Shown in pieces: positions 29,059 to 38,240 of a DNA stretch of 64,000 bases. The stretch is from positions 186,001 through 250,000 of the IMG/VR virus record IMGVR_UViG_3300028666_000022; one strand, given 5' to 3'. Position 1 is the first letter of the stretch. Each line of letters begins with the position of its first letter. The position numbers and the translations under genes are program-made. The notes beneath the pieces are model-generated. The model saw nothing but the letters and a program-made list of their open reading frames with translations, made no database searches and was not told the DNA's origin.

Positions 29059-29871
29059 TTATATATTATTTAATATAATATTCCATGTTGGTGTAATATT
29101 CAGAAAAGAACTAACATTATTTTCAATAAATTCATCATCAATATATTTAGTATGATTAAATATTACCATTTTCTCATCAACATATAATTTATTATTATAT
29201 TTTTTGGCATTAAATTGGATATACCATGCACCACATTGGTATACATTATCAACAATTTTTATTTTTAATTTTTCATGTGTTATTTTTGAGATCATCCATT
29301 GAATCCCAGCATGATGTGAATTAATTTTTACAAATTCATCCCACTCTAAAATTATATTATCTCTTAGTTTAAGAAATGTTTTTTTATTTCCAATCAAAAT
29401 CGATCCAGTAAATTCATTAAAAATTTTTAAATATTCAAATTGTTCAGAATTAATAAAATTTAAATTTTTTGTAACGTCATATAATGTCATAGGTGGATTA
29501 GCAGAATAAACAGAAATAATTTGATCTTCTTCTGGTATTAAATTATTTAATTCAATATCTGTCATTTCTCGTTGCATTATTGTATCTGCATCAATCTGAA
29601 TTATTACGTCATCATCAGAACAATTTAAATAATCAATAAATTCACCACCTTGTGGACAAACAAAATCACATCTATTTTTTGGATAATCAGAACGATACGT
29701 ATAAATTCTTTTTCTTTCCATTAAATAATATTCACCAATATAATCATTAGGTAAAAAATCAATAAATCCAACAACAAATCTGTCTTTCCAATATTTTTTT
29801 ACTGAATCAAATAATGGTTTTGATTTTTCATAATAACTACTTGTTACTTGCGTTGTTAATATAAATTTCAT
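29059..29871 (-). CDS. Putative glycosyltransferase-like protein
   Basis: IIQIDAD (DxD), FTGSILIG; cluster context. Confidence 0.5.
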   Translation of the reverse strand: MKFILTTQVTSSYYEKSKPLFDSVKKYWKDRFVVGFIDFLPNDYIGEYYLMERKRIYTYRSDYPKNRCDFVCPQGGEFIDYLNCSDDDVIIQIDADTIMQREMTDIELNNLIPEEDQIISVYSANPPMTLYDVTKNLNFINSEQFEYLKIFNEFTGSILIGNKKTFLKLRDNIILEWDEFVKINSHHAGIQWMISKITHEKLKIKIVDNVYQCGAWYIQFNAKKYNNKLYVDEKMVIFNHTKYIDDEFIENNVSSFLNITPTWNIILNNI

Positions 29872-29922
29872 TTTTTATATATAATATTTCTAATTAACCT
29901 AATGATCATATTAATAATATTT

Positions 29923-30618
29923 TTATCTAGGCTTTGGATATTTAGTTTCTCCCACAACATCTAAAATATCTACATTATTCCAATCAAAATTATTAACATC
30001 AGCTATTTTTTTACCTAAATATTCACTATGACAATATAATCCACCAACTGGTCTATTTCTCAAATATTCATCAGCTAATAATGAAAATCTTCCAACAATT
30101 GGATTTGACATACCTGCCTCAATACATTCAAAACCAAGTGCTTTTGAAAATAAACACTTTAATGCCATATCACTAAATTGAAAAAAATGCCAAGGTCTTT
30201 CATGTGAAGAAAAAGAAAAATGTGTTTCAATCATTACAATTCCCCCAATTTTTAATAATTTAGAAATTTCTATAGCAACAATCCAAGGCATTGCAAAATG
30301 TTCAAAACACGCACTACTGAATATTATGTCAAATTTTTCATCTTCATTAAAATATGAAGAAAGTTTATGTGCATCACCAACAACATCAACATTTTTTCCT
30401 GCATAAAAATCAAATCCAACATATTCTGCATTAGAAAATTTATTTCTATTTTTAGCGTTAGTTACTTCACGACTCCCCACTTCTAATATTCTCATTCCAC
30501 TTTTATTCCCAATAGAATATAAATAATTTTGCCATTTAGAATGATTAATTGTTTCTGATAGAGGAACATCTGGTGCTAGAAATTGTCTATCATAAAATAC
30601 GTTATTTTGATTTTCCAT
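29923..30618 (-). CDS. Class I SAM-dependent methyltransferase
   Basis: ILEVGSR, YVGFD, VDVVGDAH, FDIIFSSACFEH, LLKIGG. Confidence 0.85.
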   Translation of the reverse strand: MENQNNVFYDRQFLAPDVPLSETINHSKWQNYLYSIGNKSGMRILEVGSREVTNAKNRNKFSNAEYVGFDFYAGKNVDVVGDAHKLSSYFNEDEKFDIIFSSACFEHFAMPWIVAIEISKLLKIGGIVMIETHFSFSSHERPWHFFQFSDMALKCLFSKALGFECIEAGMSNPIVGRFSLLADEYLRNRPVGGLYCHSEYLGKKIADVNNFDWNNVDILDVVGETKYPKPR

Positions 30619-30649
30619 TGTTAGTTTATTTTAAAATTTAAAATTATTT

Positions 30650-31027
30650 TTATTTGATTATATTAAGTTTTGAAGTTATGTTTTTATGTTTCTTTCTATG
30701 TTTAAGAACACGATATGTTGGTACTTCAAACTCTTTTCTTTTGAAGACTCTTTTCACCATTTTTTTACATAATTCTTTTATTTCTTTATTATTGAGTTCA
30801 TATTTTGATTTTAATATTGAATATATTTTATGATAACTAACATGTATTTCATTATTATCTAAATCATATGTTAAATACCATTCTCCTTTTCTGTAAGATT
30901 CAATTATCCCATCATTTATATTATCTTCTAAAATTATTTCTTTAAATTCTGATTGTTTAAATGATTTCAATAAAAATTTACTTGCTTCCTGAATATTTAT
31001 TTCGTTTTTCATATTATGAATAATCAT
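30650..31027 (-). CDS. Hypothetical protein
   Basis: 125 aa, overlaps the MT-A70 stop. Confidence 0.5.
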   Translation of the reverse strand: MIIHNMKNEINIQEASKFLLKSFKQSEFKEIILEDNINDGIIESYRKGEWYLTYDLDNNEIHVSYHKIYSILKSKYELNNKEIKELCKKMVKRVFKRKEFEVPTYRVLKHRKKHKNITSKLNIIK

Positions 31028-31599
31028 AATTTTATACTATTTTCCACTTCATTTCCGAAAACGTCCCAACCTTCTGTTTGTTGCCTTGCAAACAATTCAA
31101 CACGAGGTAAATCACCCATTAATTCAATTATTCTTTCTCTAAAAATATCTGGCTTCTTAGAATGTTTTTCATTTAAAGCAAATATTGTTTCTTCGTTAAA
31201 TTCTTCTTCAGCTAACTGAACAGATCTTATACCATGATTAATTACTTTAGGTTTTCCTTTAGTTGCAATTAAACAAAATTCTGATAATTGCCTTGAATAA
31301 AACCCCATTCCAAAACCAAGTTTATCATTTTTGGTTGTTTTAACCCAATTGAATCCTGACATTGTTTTTACCTTAAAACCCCAAGATTTAACAACTCTAA
31401 GTGCTTCTTCTGGTTGTGATGCCACCCACCACATAAATAAAATACAATCATCTGCAGCTATTTCACTTACTGGTAAATTACAAATTTCATCAACAGTCAT
31501 GGTTTTATATTGTGCTTCAGAACCACTTTTCATACTACCACCAGTATTTTTATTATTAAAACTCCAAGGACAATCAGCGTATATGATAGAATATTTCAT
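31024..31599 (-). CDS. MT-A70 family adenine methyltransferase
   Basis: YSIIYADCPW (DPPW variant), LFMWW, WGF, WVK, GMGFY, HSKKP, RVELFAR, GWDVFGNE. Confidence 0.88.
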   Translation of the reverse strand: MKYSIIYADCPWSFNNKNTGGSMKSGSEAQYKTMTVDEICNLPVSEIAADDCILFMWWVASQPEEALRVVKSWGFKVKTMSGFNWVKTTKNDKLGFGMGFYSRQLSEFCLIATKGKPKVINHGIRSVQLAEEEFNEETIFALNEKHSKKPDIFRERIIELMGDLPRVELFARQQTEGWDVFGNEVENSIKL

Positions 31600-31613
31600 G
31601 ATAATATTTTTAA

Positions 31614-31877
31614 TTAAGATATTTCTGATTGAATAACTTGACCCACATTATATTCATCTAATGTATATTTCAAAAAAAATGTGGAATTATCTAATGGATT
31701 AACAATTTTCCAATCTTCTAAATATCTATTCCACATTTTTTTATAATATAAATTACTTGATTTATTAATTCGATTTTTAAAATATTTTAAAAGATATTCG
31801 TGTGCTTTGATTTTATCTTCTGCCATCACAAAATATTCTTCACCATGATCGTTTGGATTAAAATGATATTGTTTCAT
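31614..31877 (-). CDS. Hypothetical protein
   Basis: 87 aa; TAATTTTG box at 31900-31907 upstream. Confidence 0.5.
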   Translation of the reverse strand: MKQYHFNPNDHGEEYFVMAEDKIKAHEYLLKYFKNRINKSSNLYYKKMWNRYLEDWKIVNPLDNSTFFLKYTLDEYNVGQVIQSEIS

Positions 31878-31933
31878 AATTTTATTATTAATGTTCTCAC
31901 AAAATTAAATAAATTATAATTAATATCCTAGTT

Positions 31934-32869
31934 TTATTTAAAATATTTTATAATTGATACTCCCCATGTCCAACCTGAACCTACTGCTGGCATAATTAGA
32001 ATATCACCATTTTTTATTTTATTTTCTCGATATAATCCATCTAATGCCATTGGTATTGAAGCACCTGCAGAATTACCATATTTAATCATATTTAAAACTA
32101 CTTTTTCGATTGGTAGTCGAAGTATTTCTGCAGTTTTAATAAGAACATTAATACTTGGTTGATGTGGAATTAGCCAAGAAATGTCTTCAACACTTAAGTT
32201 ATTTTTATTTAAAGAATCTAATATTGTATATGGTAATGTTTTTGTAGCAAATTCAAAAACTGCTTTTCCATTCATTTGAAATGTTTCACCGTGATGACAA
32301 GTAAAAATATCTTTTCCTATGCCATCACCATAAATATCAGTACTTATCCAACCACCTTCTGTTTCAGAAATAATTATACTTCCAGAACCATCGCCAAAAA
32401 ATACGCAATTCCGATCACTCCAATCAGTAATTTTAGAATATGTTTCTGAAGCAACCAACAATATATTTTTATATTGTTTTGTTTGAATTAAATTAGTTGC
32501 TAATTGCATTCCATACACAAAACCAGAACAAACTGCATTAATATCAAATGCTGGACAAGTTATATCTAATTTTGACATTAAAATACATGCTGTTGAAGGA
32601 GATATTCTTTCAGGACTTGAGGTAGCAAATATTATTAAATCGATTTGATTTTTATTTAAACCACTATCTTCAATTGCATTTAATGCTGCTCTATATGCTA
32701 AATCTGAATTACTTTCTTCTAAGACAACATGTCTTTCTTCAATACCTAATTTATTTTTAGTCCACTCAGGATTTGTATTTTTATTTATTAAATAAACTTC
32801 TTCGTTATTTAACGTTTTTAATGGAACATATGATCCAATGCCTTTTATTCCAACATTGTTTATTTTCAT
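31934..32869 (-). CDS. fabH: 3-oxoacyl-ACP synthase III (KAS III)
   Basis: GIGSYVP, GIEER, AFDINAVCSGF (Cys), FGDGSG, IPHQPS (His), YGNSAGASIP (Asn), GSGWTWG. Confidence 0.92.
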   Translation of the reverse strand: MKINNVGIKGIGSYVPLKTLNNEEVYLINKNTNPEWTKNKLGIEERHVVLEESNSDLAYRAALNAIEDSGLNKNQIDLIIFATSSPERISPSTACILMSKLDITCPAFDINAVCSGFVYGMQLATNLIQTKQYKNILLVASETYSKITDWSDRNCVFFGDGSGSIIISETEGGWISTDIYGDGIGKDIFTCHHGETFQMNGKAVFEFATKTLPYTILDSLNKNNLSVEDISWLIPHQPSINVLIKTAEILRLPIEKVVLNMIKYGNSAGASIPMALDGLYRENKIKNGDILIMPAVGSGWTWGVSIIKYFK

Positions 32870-33703
32870 TTATTTTCTGGAATTAAAATATTTTATTATT
32901 ATATTTCTATAAAATTCATTGGCAATAAATTTTTCATCTTTTGAAATAAATTCAAACTTAAAAAAATTATTAGAACATGTTGAAAATGCAATTGGAATTG
33001 GTGATTTAAGATCAACAAAATCTATTGGGTATTCATCACCAATGTTTTCTAAACCAAGAATATTTAATATTTGATTAGTCATATGAATAAAAACATATGA
33101 TGTAGGATGACTTGCATATAGAAATAATCTTTTCTTGCTTATATTTTCTTTTATATAATCATGTACTTTTATATCGGTATATTTATCTTTTTCTTTTAAA
33201 ATCTTCATTGTTTTATCATGTCTTTCATCATAATTAAAATCAATTTGATTATTATCATATTTCAATAAAATTTCATTCAATGATAAACCAGATTTTATTA
33301 AATCATCAATAATTTCGATATTTTTAGTAACACTATTATACCCATCCCTATTGCACCATTCATCAGTAACATCTCCATTAAGTGCAGGTACTAAAGGCCA
33401 TAAACTAAAATTATATACATAAGGTATTGAGATTGTTATACATGTTGATTTCAATAATGACTTCAAATAATTTGTTGAATTTTTACCATATCTATCGTCT
33501 AATGGTTGATAAATAAAAACATCTGTATCTCTTAATGAAGTATAATATTTGTCAATTAATATTTCATCATTATGAATCATTTGATAGTTACGAACAACGT
33601 CAGTAATATTATATTTATCTCTAAATTCTTGACTTTCATTAAGAAATTTAGCAATTGCTCCACCTTGGCAAGTAGCAAATATAAAAACATTTAATTTATT
33701 CAT
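32870..33703 (-). CDS. WcbI-family polysaccharide acetyltransferase-like protein
   Basis: FATCQG, DVFIYQP, LFLYASHPT match the WcbI NCQ...HP pattern. Confidence 0.7.
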   Translation of the reverse strand: MNKLNVFIFATCQGGAIAKFLNESQEFRDKYNITDVVRNYQMIHNDEILIDKYYTSLRDTDVFIYQPLDDRYGKNSTNYLKSLLKSTCITISIPYVYNFSLWPLVPALNGDVTDEWCNRDGYNSVTKNIEIIDDLIKSGLSLNEILLKYDNNQIDFNYDERHDKTMKILKEKDKYTDIKVHDYIKENISKKRLFLYASHPTSYVFIHMTNQILNILGLENIGDEYPIDFVDLKSPIPIAFSTCSNNFFKFEFISKDEKFIANEFYRNIIIKYFNSRK

Positions 33704-34124
33704 TTAAAAACACTTTATCTAGCTTCTGTCCTTGATATTTCCCCGTTTTCATTTCCAGTACTTTCGTTTTATCTTCTAATATAGTATAGGTATGTCCACC
33801 TCTTAAAGTAAAGCTACAATCACCTTCTTCAAGTATTGATTCAGCAATTATATTATCATCAATATCATAGAAAGTACATTTAACCTTTCCTCTTAAAACA
33901 ACCCATGATTCTTGAGCAATTCTATCATTATCGGTTACTTCTCTTATTATGTGTTTATGTGGCCTAAATGTTTTACCTTTATCCATTTTAAGTGCTGCAC
34001 ATTGAATAAAATTATCTGGTTCAATTATTTCAAACCTAAAATCATCCATTTTATCAAAATCATCAAATCTATATATCACATGTAATAAAAGATTAGGATC
34101 TACTTTTGAGAATATTTTTTCCAT
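33696..34124 (-). CDS. Cupin-fold protein (WbuC/sugar isomerase-like)
   Basis: FRPHKH...QESWVVLRG...GGHTY...EMKTG. Confidence 0.7.
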   Translation of the reverse strand: MEKIFSKVDPNLLLHVIYRFDDFDKMDDFRFEIIEPDNFIQCAALKMDKGKTFRPHKHIIREVTDNDRIAQESWVVLRGKVKCTFYDIDDNIIAESILEEGDCSFTLRGGHTYTILEDKTKVLEMKTGKYQGQKLDKVFLNE

Positions 34125-34132
34125 TTAATTTA

Positions 34133-35626
34133 TTATATTAAAAAATCTTTATATATTTCATTATATTTTTGAAGATTAGATGTAGTGCGTTTCACAATAA
34201 AACCATATTCTGGCGAAATATAAAATGTATCCCAAACACTGCCCCAATCTAAATAAGTATTTTTATTATCTGTTTTAAAATAATCAATAATCACATTAGT
34301 TGCCATGCTTGCACTAAATAAATAATAATTATCATTACCTAATTTATTTATGTTTTCAATTGCATTAATAATTTCTTGTTTAGCTAAATAACAATTTATT
34401 GTTGGTATACTAATGTGGGTAAAATTAAAAAATTTGCTTAATTTCTCTAAATATTGTGGTCCAATCAATACTAATTTTTTTGTTTTTAATACGTCTAATA
34501 ATTTTAGGTATTTTTCTGGACTTTGTTCATGGGTAATCCTAATAAAATCATAGTTTAAATATGATAATTGTGGATTTTTATTTTTTAGATCATTTAAAAT
34601 ATTTTTTACGTGAGGGAGTTGAGCATACCAATAATCAAAAGATTCTAAAACATAATTTTCATCATGAACATAATTTAATAATGCATTTTTTAATTCAATC
34701 GACATTTCTGGAAAATATACATGACCATCACAATTAGCGTTATTTGGAGTTTCACCAATTATTGCAATTAATTCACCATCATTATATCTTGAATATTTAA
34801 AATGTTCATTATTTTTAATTTTATTAAAATAATAATCAAAATCTTTTGTATAAAACATATTATTTATTATTTGTTTTATTTTCATATTTGGTTCAGGAAT
34901 TCTCTCACAAAGACCAACATTTGTTGTTATATTTATTTGTATTAATTTTTCTTCTGCTAATATTCTATAAAAATTTTTTGCATCATTTTTTTGAATTTCA
35001 TCTATATTTGAAACAGTTGCACGAGTTTTACTACTGTGATGAATAATCGGAGAACTATAAACTAAAGCAACATTATAACCAGCATTTACTGTTTTTGCAA
35101 AAACATAATCATCACCACCAAAAATTATTAATTCTTTTGGTATTTCTGGCATTATGTTTCTTCTTATTGTAAAATCCCAACCCTGATAATATACTGGATC
35201 TAATATCTTATATTCTAACGTGCTCTTAGTTTCAATATAATTAGGATTATTTGTTACATGTATAACAAAACCAACTTGTGTTTCTAAATTAAAAACATTA
35301 ATAGTATCATCAATAAATTTATTAGATAATTCAACATCGTTATTTAAAAAACACAAAAATTCACATAAACAAATATTTTTAAAATTATTCCAAATATGAT
35401 TAAGTGGTACATTCTCAGAATTTCTAAGTACGATAATTTTATTGCTTTCACAATAATTTAGAAAATCTTGAGTACCTTCTTCACTAGAATTTTGATCATA
35501 TAAATATATTTCAAAATTTTTATTTGTTTGATTTAATAAATCATATATACACTTCTTTGTTAATTGAAGTTGATTTAAATTTACTACAACAACTCCAATT
35601 TTATTTTTTTGAATTTCACTATTCAT
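34133..35626 (-). CDS. Two-domain glycosyltransferase (GT2 plus a second, possibly GT-D-like, domain)
   Basis: YDQNSSE, FLNNDV, FGGDD; second half KYSRYNDGE...SASMAT...LDWGSVWD. Confidence 0.75.
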   Translation of the reverse strand: MNSEIQKNKIGVVVVNLNQLQLTKKCIYDLLNQTNKNFEIYLYDQNSSEEGTQDFLNYCESNKIIVLRNSENVPLNHIWNNFKNICLCEFLCFLNNDVELSNKFIDDTINVFNLETQVGFVIHVTNNPNYIETKSTLEYKILDPVYYQGWDFTIRRNIMPEIPKELIIFGGDDYVFAKTVNAGYNVALVYSSPIIHHSSKTRATVSNIDEIQKNDAKNFYRILAEEKLIQINITTNVGLCERIPEPNMKIKQIINNMFYTKDFDYYFNKIKNNEHFKYSRYNDGELIAIIGETPNNANCDGHVYFPEMSIELKNALLNYVHDENYVLESFDYWYAQLPHVKNILNDLKNKNPQLSYLNYDFIRITHEQSPEKYLKLLDVLKTKKLVLIGPQYLEKLSKFFNFTHISIPTINCYLAKQEIINAIENINKLGNDNYYLFSASMATNVIIDYFKTDNKNTYLDWGSVWDTFYISPEYGFIVKRTTSNLQKYNEIYKDFLI

Positions 35627-36458
35627 GTTTAGCTAAATTTAAAATATAATTATATTCAAATAATTCTTTTAATTGTGTTTTATAATCAGGAACAATAATA
35701 TTAATGTTATTACGTATTGTAATTAATGAACGATCACATTTTATTGGTGTCCTGAGTGGAATAACATTTACATTTAATTTATATGTTTCAGAAACTAATT
35801 TAACTAAATCATATTTATTTATTGAATTTTCAGTAAAAACATGTTTTACTCCTTTCCAAAACATATTTTCATTAATTATGTCTTCACATATTTTTACAAA
35901 TTCTAAACAAGTAATGCCATTCCAAATATGATTAGTATACCCGTTTACTGTCTTATTTTTATTTGATTTAACAAATTCAATAAAAGACATTTTATTTTTT
36001 AATTCTTCACCAATTATTGAAGTTCGAATAACAGTTGCATTTGATGGTTCGCCCAATGCTTTTGTTTTTCCATAAACATCTATTGCATTTGTAGAATCTT
36101 CTTCTGAATATTTACCACGTAAACCATCAAAACAACAATCTGAACTAGGTTGTAGCATATTAACCTTAAATAATTCACAAATATTAGCTAATTTTCGTGG
36201 AAAAACAGAATTAATATTAATAAAATCTAAATCATCAATTCCATTTCTTTGTTTTATTATTCCAATACAATTAATTACCACATCTCCAACATTAATATCT
36301 TTATTTTTTAATACTAACATAATATCACTAGAATTTGTTAAAGATAAATCATTAAAATCTTTTCTGTTTATATCAATAACATCAAAATTTTTTAATTTAA
36401 AATATGTACTAACATATCTTCCTAACATTCCGGTACTGCCAAATACAAAAATTTTCAT
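35619..36458 (-). CDS. RmlD-like NDP-4-keto-6-deoxysugar reductase
   Basis: GSTGMLG, INCIG, SSDCCFDG, YGKTK, IRTSIIG. Confidence 0.85.
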   Translation of the reverse strand: MKIFVFGSTGMLGRYVSTYFKLKNFDVIDINRKDFNDLSLTNSSDIMLVLKNKDINVGDVVINCIGIIKQRNGIDDLDFININSVFPRKLANICELFKVNMLQPSSDCCFDGLRGKYSEEDSTNAIDVYGKTKALGEPSNATVIRTSIIGEELKNKMSFIEFVKSNKNKTVNGYTNHIWNGITCLEFVKICEDIINENMFWKGVKHVFTENSINKYDLVKLVSETYKLNVNVIPLRTPIKCDRSLITIRNNINIIVPDYKTQLKELFEYNYILNLAKHE

Positions 36459-36464
36459 AATAAA

Positions 36465-37460
36465 TCATTTTTTTAAAAAACCACCATTCATTAGTAATTT
36501 ATAAAGATAATTCTCATCTTTAATATTGTCTGCTGATGAAAATTCTATAAAATTAACTTTTTTATTTTTTTCTATATGTGAATAATCTTTATTTATTTTT
36601 ATTGAAGGTAAAATTATAAAATAATTTTCATTAAAAATATAAGATTTTTGAGATTCATGTTCTGATATTAATACTTCATGTATTTTTTCACCTTCTCTTA
36701 TACCAACTTCCTCAATAATAGTATCTTTATTACCATAATAATCAACCAATGCTTTACCCAAATCTTTAATATAAAAACTAGGCATATTCATAACAAACGT
36801 TTCTCCACCAATACTATTTTCAACTGCTTGAAATAATAATTCAATTGCTTCTGAAAGTGTTAAGAAAAATCTTGTCATTATGTTACTAGTTATAGTAATT
36901 TTATTATTCGTTTTGATTTGATCAATAAAATATGGCACAACACTACCATTAGATCCTAAAACATTTCCACCTCTTATACAAACAAAATTAGTATCAGTTG
37001 TTAAATTATTTGCTTGAATTGTTAATTTTTCACCAACTGCTTTAGTTAATCCATATAAATTATTTGGACTGACCGATTTATCTGTTGATACATCAATAAA
37101 ATATTTTATTTTATATTTAATTGCTGAATTAATTAAATTAATTGTACCATTTATATTTGTTTTAATTGCTTCTTGGGGTAAATTTTCACAAATAGGAACA
37201 TGTTTAAGTGCAGCTAAATGAAAAACATAATCAATATTGTTATTACTAAACAATCTATCTACTGCTTCAGCATCTCTAATATCACCAATAACATATTCAA
37301 TTATTTTATTATTAAATTTTCTTTGCATATTTACCTGCGCAAATTCACCTCTTGAAAAAATTATTATTTTCTTAGGATTTTTTAATAATAATTGTTTTGT
37401 TAATTCGTTTCCCCATGAACCAGAACCACCATCAATTAATATTGTTTTATTTTTAAACAT
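36465..37460 (-). CDS. UDP-GlcNAc 4,6-dehydratase (FnlA/CapE/PseB family)
   Basis: GGSGSWG, IIFSRGE, IGDIRD, HLAALKHVP, STDKS, YGLTK, RGGNVLGSNGSV, MTRFFL, GEKIHE. Confidence 0.88.
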   Translation of the reverse strand: MFKNKTILIDGGSGSWGNELTKQLLLKNPKKIIIFSRGEFAQVNMQRKFNNKIIEYVIGDIRDAEAVDRLFSNNNIDYVFHLAALKHVPICENLPQEAIKTNINGTINLINSAIKYKIKYFIDVSTDKSVSPNNLYGLTKAVGEKLTIQANNLTTDTNFVCIRGGNVLGSNGSVVPYFIDQIKTNNKITITSNIMTRFFLTLSEAIELLFQAVENSIGGETFVMNMPSFYIKDLGKALVDYYGNKDTIIEEVGIREGEKIHEVLISEHESQKSYIFNENYFIILPSIKINKDYSHIEKNKKVNFIEFSSADNIKDENYLYKLLMNGGFLKK

Positions 37461-37463
37461 AGA

Positions 37464-38234
37464 TTATATTTTAATAAAATTCGGATATTTTATTACCCAT
37501 TCTTTTAATTCTTTATGATTTACTTCTTCTAAAGAAACGAATCTTTTTTTAAAGATTTCATCATTTCTATTAAATAGATCAATACCACTTTCCAAACATT
37601 TTATAATATGTTCTTCATTATTTATTTCAACATTATTTGTTTGTATTTCAGAATATGATTCTAATTTTAATTTAATTCTATCTTTATCACCAAGAAAACT
37701 ATAATGCCAACCACCATTATTAATTATCTTAATATCTCTACCACTAAATAAACGAGTATCTTGTGGTGATTTTACGTATTTTTTCTTGATTACTACTGTA
37801 CCAAACCATTCTTGATTTTGTATGCAATTCACATAATAATAAAACAATTTTTGTTTTAATTTAAAAATATCATAATTATTATTAATTCCTTCTAATATTG
37901 CATCTGGATTAGGAATTTCATCAACATCTGAAATAATAATATAATCATTGTCATTTGCTGAACTTAAACCTTGAATAATTAGATTTCTATTATAGAACTC
38001 ATTTTCCCATGCATCACTATATGGTAATTTATCTACACTAATATAAATTATCTTATCTGAATATTTTTCAAATAAATTTTTATTCTTTTCATAATACATT
38101 TCTTTTTCATTTCCAGTAAATGTTGTTCCTGCTTCAACTAATACAAAATAATCAACCACATTATATAATGTCATCAACCTAAGTTCTAATAACTCAAGTT
38201 CATTAAAAAATATAAAACAGTCAAAAATTTTCAT
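37464..38234 (-). CDS. Glycosyltransferase family 17 (GlcNAc-transferase-like)
   Basis: IFDCFIFFNELELLELR, VDYFVLVEA, TFTG, ISDVDEIP, GGWHYSF. Confidence 0.85.
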   Translation of the reverse strand: MKIFDCFIFFNELELLELRLMTLYNVVDYFVLVEAGTTFTGNEKEMYYEKNKNLFEKYSDKIIYISVDKLPYSDAWENEFYNRNLIIQGLSSANDNDYIIISDVDEIPNPDAILEGINNNYDIFKLKQKLFYYYVNCIQNQEWFGTVVIKKKYVKSPQDTRLFSGRDIKIINNGGWHYSFLGDKDRIKLKLESYSEIQTNNVEINNEEHIIKCLESGIDLFNRNDEIFKKRFVSLEEVNHKELKEWVIKYPNFIKI

Positions 38235-38240
38235 AAAAAT

